DNA of 37,802 nt from Candidatus Onthoplasma faecigallinarum (GCA_018715225.1 DVMB01000057.1:1-37802); one strand, 5' to 3'; counted from the stretch's first letter, positions 29,035 through 36,876 are shown. A program made the numbers and translations. Notes: generated by a model from the sequence alone, not told the origin.

Positions 29035-31035
29035 TTACAACAACACTCTATCATTCTCAAAAGAAGTGTCTGCCAAATTTAGTCGAGGATATATTCTATA
29101 AATAATTGGAATATATCTTTTTTTCGTAGATTTAGCCATCTCTTTTGCTCGTTCTGCATTGATTTTCCTTTCGTCTATATACACGATTGGGAGGTTGTAT
29201 TTTGAGGCGATTTCTATATCGGTTTTTGTAATTGTTGTCTTGCACAATACATAATCTGCCTTGAAAATTTTTTGTCCGTTTTTATTTATAGTATTTGGTG
29301 TTGCTTTGATCTTGATTTCATTATAACCATATGTCAAAGACATAAAACTATCTACATCAATATATGTAGGCATATATTGTGTTACCGCATGGGCAAAACT
29401 ATATTTCTCCACTTTGCCTCTATTGGAATATAACGTAAAACTATCTCTATTCAAGGCGTGAATTACCGCACCGTCGTCTACTTTTGAGTATCCTAAAATA
29501 ACTTCCCCATCATACGTCTCCAACTTATTTCGCCCGAGAAGGCTCATGCTGATATTGATGTTGTGCTCTCCATTAGGAATAGGAGTAAACAATTCCTTCC
29601 CTTCATTAGGTACCCTTTCCGCATGCACTAAACAATGAAAATTTGTGTCCGTGATATCGTATACTTTCACTCCATTAGGTAAAATCTTTGTCGCTGTGCC
29701 AGCTGGTTTATATAGTGTTTCGTTGATATGTCGATTGAAAAATTCTCGTGATTTTTTAAATAAAGCCGCAAAATTTTCAGCCAAACTTATTTTTTCATCA
29801 TTTGTCCATAAATTTTGTAATTTTACGCACATATTTTTTAAATTTTTAACATCTTCAAGCGAAGCGATATTATTTAGTGAATTCATACCCTCCGCCTCAT
29901 TCGGTTTGCTTTTTAACTCATATTGCAGTTCGTCCACTAAAACCTGTATTATTTCATGTCCACGTTTCGTGAGAATTCCATCAAAACTTGGCAGTGTATT
30001 CATGGTGTCATATATGACACTCGCCATTAAGAATGTATCATGCGGACTTGCCGCAAAATATCTATCAAAGACAATCTGCTTCACTCTGTTTAGATCATAA
30101 TTATCTTGGTTTATTTTATTGGACAAAAATGCTTGAATTATTCTATCATATTCTTGATTTCTGTATTTTTGAATAAAGCTAATAACATCTTTATTCTTTA
30201 CGCCTAAATGCAGTGCAATTTTTCTAAACCTTTCTATAGGATATACTGATATTGCTTCATTTATAAATAATTGATCTAAATAAATGCTACTAGGCAAAGT
30301 AAATTCATAGCCATTTTCTATTAACTTGAATAAATTGTCTATGTCATCTTTGTCAAAATTTGAAAAACTTTTCTTACTATATATAAAAGTTAGGTTTTCT
30401 GGTGCTAATGATGACAGTAATTTGAAATTTTTGAAATAAATGCTAAAAATTTTTTCATTCGCTAAAAGTTGGTTTATATCTTTGATCGCTATAGCATTTG
30501 CAGAATAATCCCTTTCATATTCTAGCACGTATTCCTCAGGATATAATGCGTCCTGTACTATTGCAAGCACATCGTAAGAGTGCTGATTTTTTTCTAGACA
30601 ATGACATAAGATTTTGAACCTCGTTTGGTAATCAATATTTGTCCTGGCCCATCCCATAAAAGTTTCAGTGAACTGCACATTCTCTATCAAATAATGATAG
30701 AAATATGGTTTGTTTACTAGGCTCTTTTTCACATCGTCGTTTAGCCAAACCGCAATATATGTTAACTTTTTCTCCACTTCTGGACATTCACTAAAAAACG
30801 TTACAAAAAATTCGTCATCAAATAAATCGTCAACTGTCTTAAGAGTCAGTTGTTGCATGATATTGCCCCATTTTGAGCGTGGCAAAGTTTTGATGATATA
30901 TTCTCTAAACGAACTATCTTTCAATAGCTTTGAAAATTGACTCTTGTCCTCCAAAGATAGTCTAGAGACAAATTCAGGCAAATCATCTAAATATTTGGTC
31001 CAATCTGTATAATTTATTTGAGACATAATTTCCAT
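29035..31035 (-). CDS. large orphan protein (666 aa), function unknown
   Basis: Long uninterrupted ORF in an AT-rich background, a monocistronic unit with a terminator upstream at 31145-31171. No TM helix, no P-loop, no motif I can assign with confidence (see findings). Confidence 0.8.
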   Translation of the reverse strand: MEIMSQINYTDWTKYLDDLPEFVSRLSLEDKSQFSKLLKDSSFREYIIKTLPRSKWGNIMQQLTLKTVDDLFDDEFFVTFFSECPEVEKKLTYIAVWLNDDVKKSLVNKPYFYHYLIENVQFTETFMGWARTNIDYQTRFKILCHCLEKNQHSYDVLAIVQDALYPEEYVLEYERDYSANAIAIKDINQLLANEKIFSIYFKNFKLLSSLAPENLTFIYSKKSFSNFDKDDIDNLFKLIENGYEFTLPSSIYLDQLFINEAISVYPIERFRKIALHLGVKNKDVISFIQKYRNQEYDRIIQAFLSNKINQDNYDLNRVKQIVFDRYFAASPHDTFLMASVIYDTMNTLPSFDGILTKRGHEIIQVLVDELQYELKSKPNEAEGMNSLNNIASLEDVKNLKNMCVKLQNLWTNDEKISLAENFAALFKKSREFFNRHINETLYKPAGTATKILPNGVKVYDITDTNFHCLVHAERVPNEGKELFTPIPNGEHNINISMSLLGRNKLETYDGEVILGYSKVDDGAVIHALNRDSFTLYSNRGKVEKYSFAHAVTQYMPTYIDVDSFMSLTYGYNEIKIKATPNTINKNGQKIFKADYVLCKTTITKTDIEIASKYNLPIVYIDERKINAERAKEMAKSTKKRYIPIIYRIYPRLNLADTSFENDRVLL

Positions 31036-31144
31036 CTGCGCATACCCTAAAATCTATAAAATCTAATTAAAAATTAAAAATTTTATGTTATTATCACTAT
31101 TATACATAAAATTTTATAAAATTCAAACTAAAATATAAATTTTT

Positions 31145-31171
31145 AAAAAACACAGCCATCAATATGCTGTG
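31145..31171 (-). terminator. intrinsic terminator after the ferritin-like gene
   Basis: Minus strand reads CACAGC-atattgatg-GCTGTG followed by TTTTTT. Confidence 0.65.
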
Positions 31172-31196
31172 CTTTATTTTTTACTTATTTTAGTAA

Positions 31197-32453
31197 TTAT
31201 GAATTTTTTAGATTTTTTCGACCCAAATTGATGTTGTCGTTCTTCCTATCTCTCAATTCTTTTACAGGATTTTCCTTGTCTTCAAACCGATAGTCCTTGC
31301 CAAATTTTTTGATCGCTTTCATTATGACAGCATGACTAGGAACTCTCTCTTCATCTTTTATAAACTCATTTTGATACATGAAGAAATCTGCATTATTTTT
31401 CAATTGCATGACATTGATATATTTTTCTCTATCTCCAGTCAGCAAAACCGTCCTCTCCAAGACCTCTCTCACATACTTTTTGTTAGTACCCAGTGTCAAC
31501 AATTTTGGAAATTTTCCATTGCCAATTACCCCAGTGTATGATTTCTTTTCATATTTATTCAACAACTCGCACGCTGTCTTCAAGTGTGCACATTCCATTT
31601 CAAAATATTGCAACCATATGCTCTTTATATATTCATCGGTCTCTTCTTGGTATGCACTATAATACAAATACGCTTCTGTATACTCATGCAGTACCCACAT
31701 CTCCAACCACGAACAAGTTGGATCTTTTAGACTCTCATACTGTGTTACATGCTCTTCTTCGACTAAACCAATCTTTGCGTATAGTTTTCTACCTAACTCA
31801 TTTTTGTACCATTGACTGATGTTCATATAATAATTCATCGTTTGCTGTTCTGCTGCCGTGATAATGTTTGCTACTAATTTGCTATACAAATCACTTTTGC
31901 TCGCCTTCATCGGTATTTTCACATTGTCTTTTGGATATCTATGATGTGCTATTGTCGGTCTCCCTGGTGTAATCTCAGTAAATTCGCCCACCAATGCTTT
32001 TGGATCGGCATCCTTTACATCTAATAGCATCAAATTGCTAAATCTATATAAATGATCAAAATCTTCTAGAAGTGCGAAATTAAGCGCTTCCACATTTGCC
32101 TTATCTTTATCATTTTGTGCCAAAGTGGCAGTCAAATCAATGGCTAACTGCTCGTATGATATTGTGGTCTCTAAAATACTTTCATTTATTGGCTTTAGAC
32201 ATGCGATCTGTTTTTGTTGTTGCTGTTCTTGTTGACGCACAACTGCCAACATATTCTTTATCTCAGCATTATCGCAATGTCTAGCGAACTGATGAAGAAA
32301 CCACACGCTCTCATATTCTGTACCATTCATCAAAATTACCCTAGTTTTAGTATAGGGAGATGTTGTATCCTTTTTGTAAGGTTTTGGATACAATTCATTC
32401 AAACTGATAAAATATTTATCTATATCTTTTGTCTTATATTCCAATGGATTCAT
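31197..32453 (-). CDS. ferritin-like / diiron four-helix-bundle protein candidate (418 aa)
   Basis: Start moved to MNPLEYK (GGAGGG RBS 5 nt upstream). The track's N-terminal extension has no RBS. Candidate carboxylate/His ligand helices are GTEYESVWFLHQFARH, ALLEDFDHLYRF, AAEQQTMNYY, LVEEEHVTQYE and FEMECAHLK. The functional call is tentative. Confidence 0.6.
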   Translation of the reverse strand: MNPLEYKTKDIDKYFISLNELYPKPYKKDTTSPYTKTRVILMNGTEYESVWFLHQFARHCDNAEIKNMLAVVRQQEQQQQKQIACLKPINESILETTISYEQLAIDLTATLAQNDKDKANVEALNFALLEDFDHLYRFSNLMLLDVKDADPKALVGEFTEITPGRPTIAHHRYPKDNVKIPMKASKSDLYSKLVANIITAAEQQTMNYYMNISQWYKNELGRKLYAKIGLVEEEHVTQYESLKDPTCSWLEMWVLHEYTEAYLYYSAYQEETDEYIKSIWLQYFEMECAHLKTACELLNKYEKKSYTGVIGNGKFPKLLTLGTNKKYVREVLERTVLLTGDREKYINVMQLKNNADFFMYQNEFIKDEERVPSHAVIMKAIKKFGKDYRFEDKENPVKELRDRKNDNINLGRKNLKNS

Positions 32454-32681
32454 ATTGCCCTCCATCAAAATGATAACCAAGGACACCATGAATATACATA
32501 GAATAATCAATTTTAGATTAATTTTAAGATCGATTTTAAACAAGGCATTATGATAGCAAATTTTTACTTTTGCGTTTAAAACCGACTGGTATTTTAAAAA
32601 TCATACCATGCAATAATCTACATTTATGAATCAATTAAATTGTTATAAAAATAAAAAATATTAATATTTAATTATCATTAT

Positions 32682-32712
32682 TTGACAAATTGATGGCAAT
32701 GTGTGATATAAT
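32682..32712 (+). promoter_or_regulatory. promoter for the lipoprotein gene
   Basis: TTGACA at 32682-32687 and TGa-TATAAT at 32704-32712. The 19-nt spacer is long, so the extended -10 probably dominates. Confidence 0.4.
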
Positions 32713-32734
32713 TATTTATATGAGGAGAAGTTAT

Positions 32735-33856
32735 ATGAAAAAATTTATGATGACTATCTGTCTTTGTGCAGTTTTTCTAGTCAGCGGAATAATGCTTGCC
32801 GCATGTGGAGATAAACAACTGCCTACGACCTACACAATAACTTTGCCGACTTCAACAGACTACACTATTGAAAGTGATAGAGAAAATGCTGAAGCTGGTC
32901 AAGAAATCACTTTGATGATAACCATTTTAAACAACAAGTTAGTGCTCGAAAATGTTTTTGCAAACAATATTGCTTGTGAAGAAAATTATAATGGCACTTT
33001 CTCTTTTACAATGCCAGCTGAAAATGTAACAATATCTGTGCAAACGAGCCAAATACAAGAAGTCCTTTCAACAAACTTTGTATGGTTTGACGACGACAAT
33101 CTCTACACTATTACAGAAGATGGAGATGGAACATACGATTGGTACACAAGAGATTTGAACATTACCTTCGCCGATAAACAAGGTATGATTATTGTCAATG
33201 AAACTATCTCGTCGTCTAACCAAGGGGTCATTCCAGATACAGCTATTACATTTGATCCAGTAACCGACAGCGATCTACATGGCGCAAGTGGTTCAAATGA
33301 AATTGTTAAGGGAGTTATTAAAATAGATCCATTCAATATTCATTCTGGCACAACCTATTTAACAATGGAATTTGTTAATGGAAACTATTCTTATGGAGAT
33401 TCAAACAGAGGAACTCTTGTAGTTAGAATTACAGTCGTTCCATATGGAGAATTGACGCTTGAAACAGTGAAAGAGACATTAGTTATTGACCTATTTAGTG
33501 AATTACAATATTCAACGGGCGATACCTTTTGTCTAAGGATTGGAGACAGCGACCATATTGATGGCACGTCAAATCCAAGTTTTGTCGACTATGTTTTAAC
33601 AATGGAATCTGGTCGCAGACTGATAGTAGAATTTGATTATATTTTAGGACACAAATATTGGATACGACTTGTAGAAGGCGACACTCAACCAAACATTCCT
33701 GTAGGTTATGTTGAAGAGTTCGTTTTTGACAATTCAATAGAATCTGGCGATGAAGAAAGTGAATACACAGGCTATTACAACGGCAGTTTAATGTATATGG
33801 AAGCAAATGACAGAGTGACGATTGATGCAGAAAGAAATCCCGCCCTCGAAGATTAA
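32735..33856 (+). CDS. lipoprotein (373 aa), beta-rich extracytoplasmic protein
   Basis: Start set at MKKFMMTICLCAVFLVSGIMLAAC (GAGGAG RBS). LAAC is a lipobox with Cys at +1. The mature part is Thr/Asn/Asp-rich with no recognisable enzyme motif. Confidence 0.8.
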   Translation: MKKFMMTICLCAVFLVSGIMLAACGDKQLPTTYTITLPTSTDYTIESDRENAEAGQEITLMITILNNKLVLENVFANNIACEENYNGTFSFTMPAENVTISVQTSQIQEVLSTNFVWFDDDNLYTITEDGDGTYDWYTRDLNITFADKQGMIIVNETISSSNQGVIPDTAITFDPVTDSDLHGASGSNEIVKGVIKIDPFNIHSGTTYLTMEFVNGNYSYGDSNRGTLVVRITVVPYGELTLETVKETLVIDLFSELQYSTGDTFCLRIGDSDHIDGTSNPSFVDYVLTMESGRRLIVEFDYILGHKYWIRLVEGDTQPNIPVGYVEEFVFDNSIESGDEESEYTGYYNGSLMYMEANDRVTIDAERNPALED

Positions 33857-33865
33857 TTTAAAAAT

Positions 33866-33898
33866 AAGGATTAGACTAAACCTAATCCTTATTTTTTT
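33866..33898 (+). terminator. intrinsic terminator after the lipoprotein gene
   Basis: AAGGATTAG-actaaac-CTAATCCTT followed by ATTTTTTT. Confidence 0.8.
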
Positions 33899-34434
33899 AC
33901 TTTTCATATACATCAAAGCCCCAATTAGCCTTTACCCTTTACTCAAATGCACCATAACAAATTTTCTCAAAAACCTTTTGAAAAAGCGAAATAGAAATAT
34001 TTTTAATCTACATCTGTGCACAAAAAAACTCTCAATACTTTAAATACAAATCTGCTTTATGAAAACGTGCTGATTTGATAACTCCACAAACATTAAAATA
34101 ACTAATCTTAAACTGGAAATTGACGATCTTGGAAATAAAGCATAATTGAGAATAATACAAATTTCAAATTGACCAAAAAGATGGTTTTAATTATTTATAC
34201 AATACATTATATTTTGAATCACACCCGTCGATAAATTGTTCAATCAACCCACTTTAAGACATCAAAAAGTACCTTTATTTAGTATTCCAACAACTTTAAA
34301 AAAGGCATAAAATATAACTTAAAACCAAAACCTATAAACTACCACAAATCAATCAAAACAAACAAAGCATCAAATAGAGAAATTTATGAAAATGCATATA
34401 CTATTTTATAATATAAACTATATAAAAATAGTAC

Positions 34435-35427
34435 TTAATCGATTTTTTTCTTAAATAAATTAATTTCATCACGTAATTTGATACCCTTTGAAGTTAAATA
34501 ATAATATAAACCTTTTCCCTCAATCCATTTAGTATCCATTAATTTTAATGCAATAAATTGGTTGCAAATCCTTTTTGAAACATTTTTATCGACTAAGCAA
34601 TTAAAATTATCGGCTCCTATAGATTTTGCTATGTAATCACGAACCGCATTCTCTGCAACACTTACATTTATCATATTTATTGAAACATATCCAAATATTT
34701 CTTTTAAAGTAATTTCTTTATTGTGATGCAGCGTAACATATCGACCGCCTCTATAGTTTGTAGATGTGAATTCTATATTAATTTTATTATCATCAAATTC
34801 CAGTTCACCATCAAAAGAAGAATACTCCTCTAGTGATTTTTTTAAAGAAGAAATTTCTTCTACTAACTTTTTATTTTCATCTTGTAACGTAGTAATTTTT
34901 TTTAAGTTTTCTGTTAAATCATAATCAATTCCTCGTATCCAACCAGACCTAATATTTTCTTCTTTCGCTTTCATAATAGATATTGCCAATTTGCCGGATA
35001 AATCACCTAAATCTTTCCAAATGCTAGCTAATCTATTCGTCATAGCTTTTTCTCTAAATTTTTTTAATTTGAATAAAATTTCAATATCTTTATCTCTTTT
35101 ATCATCACTTAATTTAACAGATTCATCAATAGCAAAAACTAAAACGGGAACTCCCTGCGATACTGCATAGTCATATTCCATTTCAGTATAACTCAAACCT
35201 GTAGTTTTGTTAATACTCCCATATTTACCACCGATAATCAACACGTAATAATCACACAAATCAATTACCTTTTTTATTACTTCAAATTGTTCGTCATTGG
35301 CCGCAACAAACACTTCCATTCCCGCTGGAATACAGTCAGCCATTAATAAAATTTCTTGAGCTTTTTTGCGTTCTTCAATTAAATCTTTATAAGTTGAACT
35401 AATAAAAACTTGATATTTTTTCTCCAT
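34435..35427 (-). CDS. DUF4062 (TIR / nucleoside 2-deoxyribosyltransferase-like) domain protein with coiled coil and wHTH-like C-terminus (330 aa)
   Basis: Start set at MEKKYQVFISS (AAGGAG RBS 6 nt upstream; the track's TTG start lies inside the promoter/RBS). The VFISSTYKDLIEER, CDYYVLIIGGKYGS and SYTEMEYDYAVSQGVPVLVF motifs match the DUF4062 pattern as I remember it. Confidence 0.78.
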   Translation of the reverse strand: MEKKYQVFISSTYKDLIEERKKAQEILLMADCIPAGMEVFVAANDEQFEVIKKVIDLCDYYVLIIGGKYGSINKTTGLSYTEMEYDYAVSQGVPVLVFAIDESVKLSDDKRDKDIEILFKLKKFREKAMTNRLASIWKDLGDLSGKLAISIMKAKEENIRSGWIRGIDYDLTENLKKITTLQDENKKLVEEISSLKKSLEEYSSFDGELEFDDNKINIEFTSTNYRGGRYVTLHHNKEITLKEIFGYVSINMINVSVAENAVRDYIAKSIGADNFNCLVDKNVSKRICNQFIALKLMDTKWIEGKGLYYYLTSKGIKLRDEINLFKKKID

Positions 35428-35447
35428 CGACTTCTCCTTTGTCAAGT

Positions 35448-35456
35448 ATTATAACA
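35448..35456 (-). promoter_or_regulatory. extended -10 promoter directly upstream of the DUF4062 gene
   Basis: Minus strand reads TGt-TATAAT (35456-35448). A ~14-nt leader containing AAGGAG follows. Confidence 0.5.
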
Positions 35457-35524
35457 CATTTTGCAAATTAATAAAAGACCCTTAACATAAAAAGAATAAG
35501 CTTTTCAACTTCTTTTTAGTTGTT

Positions 35525-35764
35525 TTATTGATTGTTTTGCAAATGGGTATAAACTGCATTTGCTGATAGGTTTGAAAAGTTACCATTTGTTTCGGCAAAG
35601 GCTTTTAAATCATGAGCAAGAAGAAAAGATATTTTCTCTATCTGCTTTGAGTTTAAATTGACTTTACCTAATTTTAGTTCGTGTGAATTAAAATCAAAAA
35701 CGGCAGTGTTTTCATCTATATCTTTACAATCAATAAAGCATTGATTGTTATTCGTTTTTATCAT
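35525..35764 (-). CDS. small hypothetical protein (79 aa) upstream of the DUF4062 gene
   Basis: Open frame on the same strand, 97 nt upstream of the DUF4062 start. No SD and no recognisable motif. Coding status unproven. Confidence 0.45.
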   Translation of the reverse strand: MIKTNNNQCFIDCKDIDENTAVFDFNSHELKLGKVNLNSKQIEKISFLLAHDLKAFAETNGNFSNLSANAVYTHLQNNQ

Positions 35765-35802
35765 AATTACTTACTAAAAAGCGAATAACACCAAAGAACA
35801 CT

Positions 35803-35820
35803 TGGACTATTTAAAGTCCA
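35803..35820. promoter_or_regulatory. palindromic operator candidate TGGACT-N6-AGTCCA
   Basis: Perfect 6-bp inverted arms (35803-35808 and 35815-35820). They lie immediately downstream of the -10 at 35826-35831 and so span the predicted transcription start of the 79-aa ORF. Confidence 0.45.
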
Positions 35821-35825
35821 TAATT

Positions 35826-35834
35826 ATTATAACA
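35826..35834 (-). promoter_or_regulatory. extended -10 promoter for the 79-aa ORF
   Basis: Minus strand reads TGt-TATAAT (35834-35826). Confidence 0.45.
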
Positions 35835-35864
35835 TTTTTCTTTTCAATTTTCTACATTTTCGAC

Positions 35865-35892
35865 AAAAAAAGACAAGTGGGTATCCCACTTG
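35865..35892 (-). terminator. intrinsic terminator ending the C-R transcript
   Basis: Minus strand reads CAAGTGGG-ata-CCCACTTG followed by TCTTTTTTT. Confidence 0.72.
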
Positions 35893-36038
35893 GTCTAATA
35901 AGGGGAAATGACTCAAAATTGAAACTTTGACTTTTTAGGGGTGAATCATCAGAAAGACTTATAATATAAGGCTTCTTTACACTTAAAAAACGATTTTGAG
36001 TCTATTTCCTTATCCTGCTTCTAATAAATATATAATTT

Positions 36039-36647
36039 TTAATCAAGAAAAGGTTTTAATTTTTCATTAAAATGCTTTAAAAGATCTTCTCCAGATTGTC
36101 CTGGTCTCCACATAAAATAATTATCCTGATATTTATCATACCAAAACATAATTTCTCTAACTCTTTTAGGATCTCTTGTAATGTCGCCTTGAAAAACCAC
36201 CCAAAAAGGGAGTATTCTTTCATCTGTTATGTTACTAACTTTTCTATATGCTTTTATTAATCCTGGAGTAAATAATTTACATGATCTTTCATTTGCATTA
36301 CCTCGTCCAGCACTAGGATTTTTGCCTTCAACCCAACCATCTTGTCTTTTTATTTCCCCAAATAATATTTTATGAGTTTCACAATTTTCTATTGCGAAAT
36401 CGGGGGATACTCCCCATTTGGTATCTTCTAATTTTATATTAGGATTATAAATAACTGATTTTACAGAATCAGGTATTTCAACTGTGGCATATAAATTTTT
36501 CAAATGCTTTGGTTGTCTATATAGTTTATATTTGGTACCTTTAAATGCATTTTCAAAAACTTCATATAAATTTTGTTCTGCATTGCTAGCAAGCATTCCA
36601 GCATCTTTTTCCCAATTTGATCTTCCACTTAATGCGATTTTTCCCAT
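36039..36647 (-). CDS. type II restriction endonuclease, EcoRI/MunI-like PD-(D/E)xK fold (202 aa)
   Basis: Start set at MGKIALSG, where the AAGGAG RBS overlaps the C-gene stop. SPDFAI...FGEIKRQ is a PD...ExK catalytic motif. GRGNANERSCK resembles the EcoRI recognition/catalysis segment AAGNAIERSHK. Confidence 0.72.
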   Translation of the reverse strand: MGKIALSGRSNWEKDAGMLASNAEQNLYEVFENAFKGTKYKLYRQPKHLKNLYATVEIPDSVKSVIYNPNIKLEDTKWGVSPDFAIENCETHKILFGEIKRQDGWVEGKNPSAGRGNANERSCKLFTPGLIKAYRKVSNITDERILPFWVVFQGDITRDPKRVREIMFWYDKYQDNYFMWRPGQSGEDLLKHFNEKLKPFLD

Positions 36648-36657
36648 AATATACTCC

Positions 36658-36876
36658 TTATTCGTTTTCAATATTTTCAAATAATTCCGATAACGTTATT
36701 TTTAAACCCTTTGCAATTTTTTCAATATTTATTAAAGAGACGTTTCTATTACCATTTTCTATTGAAGAATAATAGGTCCTATCCATCCCTATCAAATATG
36801 CAAAGTTTTCTTGACTTAGATCTGTTTTTTCTTTTCGTAATTTTTTTATTCGTTTACCAAATTTTTCTTTAATCAT
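36658..36876 (-). CDS. controller (C) protein, XRE-family HTH regulator of the R-M module (72 aa)
   Basis: LSQENFAYLIGMDRTYYSSIENGNRNVSL is a classic XRE HTH. The small size and position immediately upstream of the endonuclease gene, coupled to it, are typical of C proteins. Confidence 0.8.
   Translation of the reverse strand: MIKEKFGKRIKKLRKEKTDLSQENFAYLIGMDRTYYSSIENGNRNVSLINIEKIAKGLKITLSELFENIENE

Noticed and set aside
29035-29700. R-S-E (cholera/C3-type) ADP-ribosyltransferase reading of the 666-aa protein (R in VHAER, SMS, DGEVIL)
   Set aside because: The S-x-S to (Q/E)-x-E distance would be only ~13 residues, far shorter than in known R-S-E toxins, and the first acidic position is Asp-Gly-Glu rather than Q/E-x-E. 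Only the looser H...Y-N-E idea is kept, as a low-confidence hypothesis.
32454-32543. 30-codon N-terminal extension giving the ferritin-like protein a TM helix
   Set aside because: The extension has no RBS, while the internal ATG at 32453 is preceded by GGAGGG. The apparent TM segment is probably translated promoter-region sequence.
33822-34043. 73-aa plus-strand ORF overlapping the lipoprotein gene's end
   Set aside because: It starts inside the lipoprotein gene, reads straight through the strong terminator hairpin at 33866-33898, and has no RBS.
36484-36684. 66-aa plus-strand ORF, and the 11-codon N-terminal extension of the nuclease (36648-36680)
   Set aside because: The ORF is antisense to the nuclease and C genes. 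The extension would overlap the C gene, whereas the ATG at 36647 has a perfect AAGGAG RBS at 6-nt spacing.
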